A DNA stretch of 32,000 nt from Candidatus Iainarchaeum sp. (lineage in GTDB: Archaea; Iainarchaeota; Iainarchaeia; Iainarchaeales; 0-14-0-20-30-16), in the NCBI GenBank assembly GCA_028710695.1, contig JAQTTP010000001.1, forward strand, positions 150,001 to 182,000, given 5' to 3'. Numbering within the stretch: the first letter of the stretch is position 1; each line of letters begins with the position of its first letter. This document shows, one piece after another, positions 15,788 through 24,079 of this stretch. The position numbers were made by a program, and so were the translations under genes. The notes under the pieces are model-generated. The model did not search any database and was not told the origin of the DNA. It was given only the letters and a program-made list of their open reading frames with translations.

Positions 15788-16312
15788 ATGCTAATTGTTT
15801 TTAGGTATGGGCATAGGGCCTTTAGAGATATAAGGGTTACAACCCATTGTGCTCTTGTTTCGAGAGTTTTTGGAGCAGATAAGTTAGTTTACTATGGGCA
15901 AAGAGATGACTCTTTTGAAAAATCCTTACAAAAAACAGTTGGACAATGGGGTGGAAAGTTTAAAGTAGAATATGCTGAAGACTTTGTTGATTACCTGACA
16001 AAAAAGAAAGAAGAAGGATTTAAAATAGTCCACCTTACCATGTTTGGAGTAAATCTTCCTGATTTTGAGCCTTATTTTAAAAAACTGAGAAAAGAAAAAA
16101 AGATTCTTATTTTTGTGGGCGCAGAGAAAGTTCCTGGAGAAGTTTACAAAATTGCAGATTACAATGTTGCTGTTGGGAATCAGCCACACTCTGAGATTGC
16201 TGCTTTGGCTGTATTTTTGGACAGGCTTCAAGAAGGTAAGGAACTTAAGAAAAAATATCCAGGGGCAAAAACAAAAATAAAAAACGGTTTTAGGAATACT
16301 TTAAAAGAATAA
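15788..16312 (+). CDS. trm56: tRNA (cytidine56-2'-O)-methyltransferase aTrm56 (SPOUT)
   Basis: MLIVFRYGHRAFRDIRVTTHCALVSRVFGAD, VHLTMFG and IFVGAEKVPGEVYKIADYNVAVGNQPHSEIAALAVFLDRL closely parallel Pyrococcus aTrm56. ATG 15788 lies just after the ftsY stop. Confidence 0.9.
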   Translation: MLIVFRYGHRAFRDIRVTTHCALVSRVFGADKLVYYGQRDDSFEKSLQKTVGQWGGKFKVEYAEDFVDYLTKKKEEGFKIVHLTMFGVNLPDFEPYFKKLRKEKKILIFVGAEKVPGEVYKIADYNVAVGNQPHSEIAALAVFLDRLQEGKELKKKYPGAKTKIKNGFRNTLKE

Positions 16313-16360
16313 AATATAAAAGTAGGGCAAGAATCGCCCTAGTTAGGCAAAGAAATTGGT

Positions 16361-16553
16361 TCATGCCTTTCTTAGTTCTCTGAACACAGTCATATTTGAG
16401 ATTCCTAAAGCGCTTGCTATGTCTCTAGTACTAAAACCATCAGCATATAGAGAACAAATTAGGTCTGTTCTAGAATTGTCCTTCAGAGTGATGCCAACAA
16501 TATGAATTAGCTCCTTCTGCGAAATATCTTGATATTAAATTCTTGTTACTCAT
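16361..16553 (-). pseudogene. Frameshifted or atypically initiated small Hin/resolvase-type HTH gene
   Basis: GGAGGGTG plus ATG (16551-16553) opens MSNKNLISRYF..., which stops after 27 codons. The +1 frame encodes ISQKELIHIVGITLKDNSRTDLICSLYADGFSTRDIASALGISNMTVFRELRKA up to TGA at 16361-16363 but has no ATG/GTG/TTG start. Confidence 0.45.
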
Positions 16554-16668
16554 GATTGCATCACCCTCCGTATACATAAAATATGAAGAATATGGGGCTA
16601 CAAAGGTTTTTAAATGGGTGTAACTGGGGTTACGCAGGCTTTTAAAAGAAATCACTCTGGATTTAAGT

Positions 16669-17319
16669 ATGAACAAATTCATCTTTGACATGGACGGGAC
16701 TCTGTATAATTTCAAAGATGCTATTCCTGGAAAGTTTTATGATACCGGTTTTTACAGTGATTTAAAAAAGAACATCTATTCTTATCTTGGAGAAAAAATG
16801 GGTTTTAATAGAGAAAGAATTGATAAAGAACTGGCTGTTGCGGTCAGAGACTTTAATGGGGAATATAGTTTATATTTTGAAAAAGTCCACGGGATAGACA
16901 GGTATGAGTATTTAAGTAAAGTATTTAGCTTGGATCCTGAAAAGCATATAGTAAAAACAAAAGGACTTCCAGAGTTTTATGCTAAGATTAAGGACAGATC
17001 ATTAATACTAACCACTGCGCCAAAATCCTGGGCAAAAAAGGTATTAACTTATTTAGAAATAGTGGACTATGTTGGTGATAATTTAATAACTGGGGAACCA
17101 GATATTAGAAAGCCAAATCCTCTTGTATTTATTAATGCTCTAAAAATGCTTAAATCTGAACCAGAAAATACTTATTCTATTGGAGATCAAGAACATTCAG
17201 ATATAATTCCCGCAAAGAATATTGGGATAAAAACAATAATTGTTGGAAAAAGTAAATCTGCAGATTACGAAGTTAAGGATACAAAAGAATTGATGAAACT
17301 GGTCGAGGAACTGTTATGA
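16669..17319 (+). CDS. HAD-superfamily hydrolase, nucleotidase-like
   Basis: FIFDMDGTLYNF (motif I DxDGT), LILTTAP (motif II), IRKPNP (motif III Lys), IGDQEHSDIIPA (motif IV). Its stop overlaps the start of the nucleoside hydrolase (ATGA). Confidence 0.8.
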   Translation: MNKFIFDMDGTLYNFKDAIPGKFYDTGFYSDLKKNIYSYLGEKMGFNRERIDKELAVAVRDFNGEYSLYFEKVHGIDRYEYLSKVFSLDPEKHIVKTKGLPEFYAKIKDRSLILTTAPKSWAKKVLTYLEIVDYVGDNLITGEPDIRKPNPLVFINALKMLKSEPENTYSIGDQEHSDIIPAKNIGIKTIIVGKSKSADYEVKDTKELMKLVEELL

Positions 17320-18224
17320 AAAAAATAATAATTGACACGGATCCAGGACATGATGACGCCTTAGCAATAATGCTTGCAGAAAAAAGTCGGATGTTTGATA
17401 TTCTTGCAATTACTACTGTTGCAGGAAATACAACAATTGAAAAAACAACAAGAAATGCAAAATATGTTTTAGATCTTTTGGATTCAAAAATCCCTCTATA
17501 CTCTGGATCCGAAAAGCCAATAAAAAGAGAATTAATAAAAGCAGTAGTGCATGGGGAAAGTGGACTTGCGGGAATAGATCCAGAAGGGGAAGTAGAACTA
17601 ACAAATAATGCAGTGGATATGATTTTAAAATTAGTAAAAGAAAATCCTGAAGAAATAACTTTAGTAACTTTGGGCCCTTTGACAAATATTGCAAGGGCAA
17701 TTCAGAGAGATCCAGATGTTATGAAAAAAGTAGTAGAAATTGTGGCTATGGGCGGAGCAATAAAAGTTCCTGGAAACAAAAACAGGGTTGCAGAATTTAA
17801 TTTTTTTGTAGATCCCGAAGCAGCAGATATTGTGTTTAGATTTCCTGTGAAAAAAACAATTGTGCCTTTAGATGCTTGTAATAGGATTAAATTGTCTTTA
17901 GATGATTTCAAGAAAATAAAAAACCAAAAAATACGGGGGCCAGTTTTGAAAATGATGGGCCCGTACATAGAAAATATAACTGCGGATGCAGGCGTGAGAG
18001 GGGCATTAATGTATGATCCTCTGACTGTATATTATTTGATTAACCCTGACTCCGCAAAAACTAAAATCTACGATTTAGTAATTGAGACTAAGGGTGAGTT
18101 TACAAGTGGGATGTGTGTTCTAGAATTGAGAAAAAGGGTAAAGAAAGAAAAAAACATTCTAGTTGTAGAAAAAATTAATAGAGAAAGTTTTAAGAAAGAT
18201 TTTATTGAGATTCTTGGACGATAG
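17316..18224 (+). CDS. Inosine/uridine-preferring nucleoside hydrolase
   Basis: IIIDTDPGHDDALAIMLA is the IUNH aspartate-cluster fingerprint (DTDPGxDDA). 302 aa. Confidence 0.9.
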   Translation: MKKIIIDTDPGHDDALAIMLAEKSRMFDILAITTVAGNTTIEKTTRNAKYVLDLLDSKIPLYSGSEKPIKRELIKAVVHGESGLAGIDPEGEVELTNNAVDMILKLVKENPEEITLVTLGPLTNIARAIQRDPDVMKKVVEIVAMGGAIKVPGNKNRVAEFNFFVDPEAADIVFRFPVKKTIVPLDACNRIKLSLDDFKKIKNQKIRGPVLKMMGPYIENITADAGVRGALMYDPLTVYYLINPDSAKTKIYDLVIETKGEFTSGMCVLELRKRVKKEKNILVVEKINRESFKKDFIEILGR

Positions 18225-18304
18225 GTTTAGATGAAACAAATAATTTTAAAGGTTCGTAACAAATGTTACAGTTCATTAAATGCCTTTTCTGCCTTGAAAG
18301 AGGT

Positions 18305-19300
18305 ATGGATGAAATACAACTGGCAAGAGAGTTACTGAAAATAAACTCTGTTTCTGGGAACGAACTGGAGATAGGGAATTATATTGTAAATCTCTTAAGG
18401 CCTTACTTTAAAATAAAAAAACAAAAAGTGGGGAATTCATTTAATATTTTTGCATATATTGGGAAACCAAAGCTGATTCTTAATACTCACATAGATACTG
18501 TGGCCCCCTTTTTTGAAGTAAAAGAAAACGAAAGATATTTGTATGGGCGTGGGGCTTGTGATACAAAAGGTCTAATGGCTTCTATGCTCTGTGCAGGAAT
18601 TGATGCTGCTAAAGAGGGGGTCAAAGATTTTGGAATTTTGTTTACTGTGAGGGAAGAAACTGATTTTGCAGGAGTGAAAAAGGCAATAAATCTTGTAAAT
18701 CCAGAAATTATGATCGTAGGTGAGCCAACAAATTTTGATTTTGTAGTTGGACAAAAAGGAATTATTTCCGCAAAAATAATTGCAAGAGGAAAAACAGCAC
18801 ACTCTGCAACACCAGAGAAAGGAGACTCAGCTATCTCAAAACTTTTGGATGTATTACAAAAAATACAGAAAATGATCTTGCCTACAAGTCCGCAGTTAGG
18901 ACCTACTACATTAAATATTGGAAAAATATCTGGGGGGGTTGCCTCAAATATTGTGCCAGATTATGCGGAAGCAAGTATTTCTTTTAGGCTTGCTTGCGAT
19001 AGTAAGATAATATTAAATGACTTGAATGAGATTTGTAAAGGCCTGGAATTACAAATAATAAATTGCTATGAATACAAAATAACAGATTCTGGCTTTCTGA
19101 AAAGTTTCAAAAATAAGAAAATAGTTTTGCCTTATTTTACGGAAATGGGCTTTTGGAATTGTAAGGCATTTATATTTGGGCCTGGGCAAGCAAAATATGC
19201 ACACTCAAAAAATGAGAAAATAAGAAAAATAGATATTGTGAAAGGAAGAAAAGAATACCTAAAGTTGATCCGGTGGTCTTATAACACAAAAAGACTCTGA
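18305..19300 (+). CDS. M20-family metallopeptidase (ArgE/DapE/LysK-like deacylase)
   Basis: LNTHIDTVAP, GRGACDTKG and VREETDFAG are M20 metal-ligand and catalytic motifs. AAGAGGT precedes ATG 18305. Confidence 0.8.
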   Translation: MDEIQLARELLKINSVSGNELEIGNYIVNLLRPYFKIKKQKVGNSFNIFAYIGKPKLILNTHIDTVAPFFEVKENERYLYGRGACDTKGLMASMLCAGIDAAKEGVKDFGILFTVREETDFAGVKKAINLVNPEIMIVGEPTNFDFVVGQKGIISAKIIARGKTAHSATPEKGDSAISKLLDVLQKIQKMILPTSPQLGPTTLNIGKISGGVASNIVPDYAEASISFRLACDSKIILNDLNEICKGLELQIINCYEYKITDSGFLKSFKNKKIVLPYFTEMGFWNCKAFIFGPGQAKYAHSKNEKIRKIDIVKGRKEYLKLIRWSYNTKRL

Positions 19301-19627
19301 AAATTCGGCCTTTTGCTTGCATTCTTCATAAAACAGTGACACCCAGTCATGATTATACTGTTCACAAGCAGTTGCAATTTTATGTGCTTGCCAATATGTA
19401 AAGCAATTAAATTTCATTAAACTAAATTCGATAACTTCATGTTTTAAATTTCGTTCCTGAGTTTCTTCAGGCATAGCAGAATCAAGCCAAATATCATATT
19501 CTTTTTTTAAGGCTGTGAAGCCAATGGTTTTTGCAGCAAAATAATTCATTGCAGCATAGTCAAGTAATAGTTGTGGATCAACAAGTTTAACATTGAAATC
19601 TAAATAACTAAATCCATTCAATCCCAT
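19259..19627 (-). CDS. Hypothetical protein
   Basis: 122-aa ORF with no motif I can assign. Its 3' end overlaps the convergent M20 gene by 42 nt. Confidence 0.4.
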   Translation of the reverse strand: MGLNGFSYLDFNVKLVDPQLLLDYAAMNYFAAKTIGFTALKKEYDIWLDSAMPEETQERNLKHEVIEFSLMKFNCFTYWQAHKIATACEQYNHDWVSLFYEECKQKAEFSESFCVIRPPDQL

Positions 19628-19760
19628 GTGTCATCACAAGCAATTAATTTATATACTGCACGAGCATATATAAATTTTTTCCTTATTTTGATTAATTTTT
19701 CATTATAAAAAGAGAATTTAATAATTAAAAAATAAAAAAGAAGAGGACATTATGATAATT

Positions 19761-20171
19761 TTATAGTCCTTTTTTCCTTGGTTTGCCTAATTTACCTTTT
19801 TCTAATGGTTTTGGTAAAGGCATCAGATGGTGTCCAAACCTGTAAATCATTATTCCTAATATGAACACTACTATCCAACCGAATAAACAAGCCATTGGTT
19901 TTAATGCTAGCTGAATCATCTGGTTACTATTGAAATATACTTGATTTGGATATAGCATTAATCCTGTATCATTGAAAGCAGCTTGCTTACAATCTAAAAT
20001 ATAATTTTCTCCAAGATCTGTGTAACATCTGTCTAGATGATCAGAAACAGTCCACATCTGGATTAAACTCCCTATGCTTGCTAAGATTCCGAATATACCA
20101 ATGAAAAATATAAAAGCACCAATCAATTTCAAGCCGTGTGTATTTTTTCCTACTCTAAGAACTCTATGCAT
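19761..20171 (-). CDS. Hypothetical membrane protein (two predicted TM helices)
   Basis: LKLIGAFIFFIGIFGILASIGSLI and MACLFGWIVVFILGIMIY are hydrophobic helices. The C-terminus is basic (KGKLGKPRKKGL). Confidence 0.5.
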   Translation of the reverse strand: MHRVLRVGKNTHGLKLIGAFIFFIGIFGILASIGSLIQMWTVSDHLDRCYTDLGENYILDCKQAAFNDTGLMLYPNQVYFNSNQMIQLALKPMACLFGWIVVFILGIMIYRFGHHLMPLPKPLEKGKLGKPRKKGL

Positions 20172-20332
20172 ATTTAGCCCCCTATAATTATTACCTGATT
20201 TTTCAATATATATTAATCTTTAAGCTTTTTATACTTATCTAAAAATTGTTCAAAATACCTGCAGAGAATAGAAAAAAATATATACTCCTAAATAGTGTGT
20301 TTAATATAACATTAAAGAAGTGACACTCAACA

Positions 20333-21457
20333 ATGGAAGAAGATGAGGGATCGTTAAAAGTTAAAAAGCCTCCCCTCGGTTTGGCAAAAAAAACCGATTG
20401 GAGAACTATTCTACGCGATAGCGTCAGTACTCCTACGGCCCTTGCTAATTCTTTGAATTTATCTAAAGATGAAATTTCTGAAGTCTGTGATAATTACCCT
20501 GCAATGATTAATCCTTACTACCTATCTTTGGTAAAGAAAAAAGGAGACCCGATCTACAAGCAATGTGTTCCAGATGTGAAGGAATTACAAGATTATGTTG
20601 GCGAAGAAGACCCTCTCTGTGAAGAGCCAGATCACCAGCAAAGAAAAGGGGTTCCTTCTTTAGTAACACATAGATATCCGGATAGATTATTATTTAGAGT
20701 TTCAAACCAATGTGCAATGTTCTGTAGGTTTTGTACTAGAAAGAGAAAGGTTGGGCACCCGAAAAAGAATCCAACCCCAAAAGAGATTTCTGAAGCAATA
20801 ATTTATATAAAAAACCACTCTGAAATAAGGGATGTAATTTTGTCTGGTGGAGACCCACTAATGTTAGGTGATAAACAGCTTGAAACAATAATAAGGAACG
20901 TTTATAACATTCTGAAAAAAAGAAAAAACAGCATAATAAGAATTGGAACTAGAATGCCCTGTGTTTTGCCACAGAGAGTAACAAAGGGGCTTTGTAGAAT
21001 GCTGAAGAAATACCACCCTCTGTTCATAAACACCCACTTTAACCATCCTTCTGAAATAACTCCCGAAAGCAGAAAAGCCTGCGGGATGCTAGTAGATTCT
21101 GGGATTCCTATGGGAAATCAAACTGTTTTGCTGAAGGGGGTAAATGACGACCCTGCAGTAATGAAAGAATTGGTTCAAGGGCTGATAAACATGAGGGTAA
21201 GGCCATATTATCTTTATCAAGCAGATTTGGTAAGGGGAACAAATCACTTTAGAACTACAGTCCAAAAAGGATTAGAGATATACAAGGCGTTAAGGGGCCA
21301 TACATCTGGGTTGTGTGTTCCGAATTATGTTATTGATGCTCCGGGTGGTGGGGGAAAGATCCCTCTGTTGCCAGAATATGTAGTTTCTATTAGTAAGGAC
21401 AAAGTGGTTTTAAAGAATTATGAAAACAAGAAGTTCGAATATTTACAAATAGAATGA
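20333..21457 (+). CDS. kamA: KamA-family radical SAM aminomutase (lysine 2,3-aminomutase-like)
   Basis: THRYPDRLLFRVSNQCAMFCRFCTRKRKVG (CxxxCxxC cluster in KamA context), SGGDPL, and the N-terminal NPYYLSLV...DPIYKQCVP motif. Confidence 0.85.
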   Translation: MEEDEGSLKVKKPPLGLAKKTDWRTILRDSVSTPTALANSLNLSKDEISEVCDNYPAMINPYYLSLVKKKGDPIYKQCVPDVKELQDYVGEEDPLCEEPDHQQRKGVPSLVTHRYPDRLLFRVSNQCAMFCRFCTRKRKVGHPKKNPTPKEISEAIIYIKNHSEIRDVILSGGDPLMLGDKQLETIIRNVYNILKKRKNSIIRIGTRMPCVLPQRVTKGLCRMLKKYHPLFINTHFNHPSEITPESRKACGMLVDSGIPMGNQTVLLKGVNDDPAVMKELVQGLINMRVRPYYLYQADLVRGTNHFRTTVQKGLEIYKALRGHTSGLCVPNYVIDAPGGGGKIPLLPEYVVSISKDKVVLKNYENKKFEYLQIE

Positions 21458-21464
21458 ATTGTCT

Positions 21465-21809
21465 TTACCTAATTATTTTCTCTGTTTTTAGATTCAGAAT
21501 CCTGCAAGCATGTAAAAGATTGTAATCATCACTGTGTAAAGTGGCTTTTTTTTCTAAGGCAAGAGCAATAACCTCTATGTCTGTTTCGGAAAGTTTTAGC
21601 TTGTTCTTTTTCTTGATTTCTTTTACTTTTTTTACGCTCTCCTCAGAAGGGTCTTGGATTTTTAGTTTTCCTATAGAGATTGCATTATTTAATTTGGTTC
21701 TGAATTCGAAATCCTTTATTTCTGAGATAACGGAATTTGTAATATAAGCCTCTGTTTCTATTGGCCCGAAATTGTTTAGTATCGCAGAAGTATCAAAAAC
21801 ATTAACCAT
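21465..21809 (-). CDS. PIN-domain ribonuclease (Nob1/VapC-like)
   Basis: VFDTSAIL, VISEIKD, SETDIEVIALALE and LHSDDYNL supply the four PIN acidic positions. 114 aa, with no zinc ribbon and no adjacent antitoxin-sized ORF. Confidence 0.7.
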   Translation of the reverse strand: MVNVFDTSAILNNFGPIETEAYITNSVISEIKDFEFRTKLNNAISIGKLKIQDPSEESVKKVKEIKKKNKLKLSETDIEVIALALEKKATLHSDDYNLLHACRILNLKTEKIIR

Positions 21810-21900
21810 ATTACAAAGAAGAACGAAATAGAATATAAATTAAATACCACACATTTGCGCAAAAGAAACCTTTTTATACTGTTTGTGTGGTATTGATAAT

Positions 21901-22782
21901 ATGCAATTAGTTACTAAAGGGATTGGAAAAGGCAAAGTATATTATTTACATCATACCAGAAGGGAAGGGAAGGAGTACAAAAACTATGACCTATATCTTG
22001 GAAAAGTACTGCCTGGAGACCTAGAATTTAGAAAATATGCCTTTTTTGAAGAGGTTTATGCTGATGTATTTAAGGAAATAGTTCGGATTAAGGAAAAAAT
22101 AAAAAAAGAAGAAAAAAATATGCCGCTCTCTGTAGAAAAGAAGAACTTATTTCAATTTGGAATTAAGTTTACATATAATACAAATAGAATTGAAGGCAGC
22201 ACACTAAGCATTAAAGATACTAAAGACGCAATAGAAGATAATATCTTGCCAGATCGTAAACCAATATCAGATGTAATTGAAGCAAAAAAACACCAAGAAC
22301 TATTTTTAAAAATAATTGAATCAAAAGAAGACGTAAGTTACTCAAGCATTTTATATTGGCATAAATTTTTATTTACTGAAAGCAAGGGGGATATCGCAGG
22401 GAAAGTTAGAACTTATCCTGTGTGGATTTCAGGATCCAAATTTAACCCCCCTGGACCAAATGAGGTTGACTTTGAACTTAAGGATTTTTTTAAATGGTAT
22501 GAAAAAAATAAACAAAAACTAGATCCAATTATTTTATCGTCTTTAGTACACTTTAAATTTGTGTCTGTGCATCCTTTTGGAGACGGAAACGGAAGAATTT
22601 CAAGGCTTATGATGAATGCAGTTTTAAATAGATTTAGATATCCTTTATTTATAATAGATTACAAAAATAGACGTGGATACTATAATGCTTTGGAAAAGTC
22701 TAATGTAGAAAATAATGAACTACATTTTGTGGCTTGGTATTTGAAAAATTATTTGAAATATTTGAAGAGTGATAATAAATGA
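21901..22782 (+). CDS. Fic-domain protein (class II, internal inhibitory motif)
   Basis: HPFGDGNGRISRLMMN is the Fic active-site motif HxFx(D/E)GNGRxxR. An N-terminal TNRIEG fits the (S/T)xxxE(G/N) autoinhibitory helix. ATG 21901 is preferred over TTG 21883. Confidence 0.9.
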   Translation: MQLVTKGIGKGKVYYLHHTRREGKEYKNYDLYLGKVLPGDLEFRKYAFFEEVYADVFKEIVRIKEKIKKEEKNMPLSVEKKNLFQFGIKFTYNTNRIEGSTLSIKDTKDAIEDNILPDRKPISDVIEAKKHQELFLKIIESKEDVSYSSILYWHKFLFTESKGDIAGKVRTYPVWISGSKFNPPGPNEVDFELKDFFKWYEKNKQKLDPIILSSLVHFKFVSVHPFGDGNGRISRLMMNAVLNRFRYPLFIIDYKNRRGYYNALEKSNVENNELHFVAWYLKNYLKYLKSDNK

Positions 22783-23678
22783 TGAAAGCGGTATTATTAG
22801 GAAGTGTATCTAGCAAGCCGACTACTGAGAATTTTACTTCTTGTATGCTTGTACAGAATGAGGCAAAAGTTTACTTATTTGATGCCTGTGAAGGAGTACA
22901 GATGAGAATAATGCAATCTGGAATAAGCTTTATGAAAATAGATTCTATTTTTTTGAGCCACTTTCATGCAGACCATATTTTGGGAATTCCTGGGCTTATT
23001 GCAACAATGGAATTATCAGAAAGGCAAAGCCCATTGAATATATTTGGGCCAAAAGGAATTAAGCAAAGAGTTTCAGAGATTTTAAATTTGATGAATATTG
23101 GACACTCTTTTAAAATAAATTACAAAGATCTGAGCGAGGGGAAAGTTTTTGAGAATGAAAAAGTAGAAATTTATGCGAAAAAATTTATTCATAGAATATT
23201 GAATTATGGATTTATTATGAAAGAAAAAGACAAGGTAGGGGAATTTAATAGAAAAAAAGCAGAGAAACTTCTTCCGCCTGGGCCATTATATAAACAATTA
23301 CAAGATGGGAAAACAGTAACTTATAATGGAAAGAAAATAAAGCCGGAAATGGTAATGGATTATAACAAAGGCAGAATTGGAAAGAAGATTGGGTATATTG
23401 TTGATACTTATGATAAGGGCTATGAAAAATTTATCGGCAATGCAGATATTTTGTTTCATGAGTCTTGCTTTATGAAAGAAGAAGAAAAGAGAGCAAAGCA
23501 GACAAAGCACTCAGTAATGGAAGATGTAATAAAAATCTCAAAAAAAGCAAAAGTAAAAAAACTAGTTCTGTTTAATTATAGTAATAGGTATTTAGAAGAC
23601 TTGGAAAAAACAAAAAAGAAAATAAAGTCTAAAGATATTGTATTTGGAAACGATTTAGATTGTTTTGAACTAAAATAA
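22779..23678 (+). CDS. rnz: Ribonuclease Z-like metallo-beta-lactamase (tRNA 3' endonuclease family), divergent last motif
   Basis: LFDACEGVQMRI, SHFHADHILGIPGLI (HxHxDH), LNIFGPKG, IHRILNYGF, IVDTYD, FHESCF and KHSV follow the RNase Z motif order. The ATG overlaps the Fic stop (ATGA). Confidence 0.75.
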   Translation: MMKAVLLGSVSSKPTTENFTSCMLVQNEAKVYLFDACEGVQMRIMQSGISFMKIDSIFLSHFHADHILGIPGLIATMELSERQSPLNIFGPKGIKQRVSEILNLMNIGHSFKINYKDLSEGKVFENEKVEIYAKKFIHRILNYGFIMKEKDKVGEFNRKKAEKLLPPGPLYKQLQDGKTVTYNGKKIKPEMVMDYNKGRIGKKIGYIVDTYDKGYEKFIGNADILFHESCFMKEEEKRAKQTKHSVMEDVIKISKKAKVKKLVLFNYSNRYLEDLEKTKKKIKSKDIVFGNDLDCFELK

Positions 23679-23695
23679 CTGTTGCGGGGATTATT

Positions 23696-24079
23696 ATGAA
23701 GGAAGTTTTGAGGAAAGCAAAAAAGACTAAAGATGAAGTTCATTTGGTGAGGCCTGTTTCTTTTAAAGAATTTAGGTCACACTTTTCAAAGAAGAAAAAA
23801 ATACATATGTCAAAATCAACTTTGTCTAGGCTGTCTGAGCAGACAAAAATCTTAATACACCAAAAAAAGATAAAAATAATAATTGAAAAAATAAGGGGAA
23901 GACCAATAGAAGCAGATCCTAAACTGTTGGCAAAAGCAATATCTTTATACAAATCTGGATTTTCTTATAGAGAAATTGAAAAGAAAATTGGAATGCCAAA
24001 AAGTAGCGTACATTATATTGTAAAAAAAGCAAAAAGAAAAAAAATAAAAACAAAGAAAGGGCATTATTCAATTGATTAA
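23696..24079 (+). CDS. Lys-rich protein with a resolvase/Hin-type C-terminal HTH and no recombinase catalytic domain
   Basis: RGRPIEADPKLLAKAISLYKSGFSYREIEKKIGMPKSSVHYIVKKA is the GRP-plus-HTH_7 layout of serine recombinase C-termini. The N-terminal 70 aa lack a resolvase core. Confidence 0.55.
   Translation: MKEVLRKAKKTKDEVHLVRPVSFKEFRSHFSKKKKIHMSKSTLSRLSEQTKILIHQKKIKIIIEKIRGRPIEADPKLLAKAISLYKSGFSYREIEKKIGMPKSSVHYIVKKAKRKKIKTKKGHYSID

Noticed and set aside
16470-16715. 81-aa minus-strand ORF as listed
   Set aside because: Its 5' part overlaps the HAD gene start and promoter region without motifs. Only the last 27 codons follow a real RBS-ATG, and the HTH-encoding sequence lies in another frame, so it is treated as a frameshifted HTH gene instead.
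21465-21900. PIN gene as part of a VapBC toxin-antitoxin pair
   Set aside because: No upstream or downstream ORF of antitoxin size exists on the same strand. The 5' flank is only about 70-90 nt before the divergent Fic gene.
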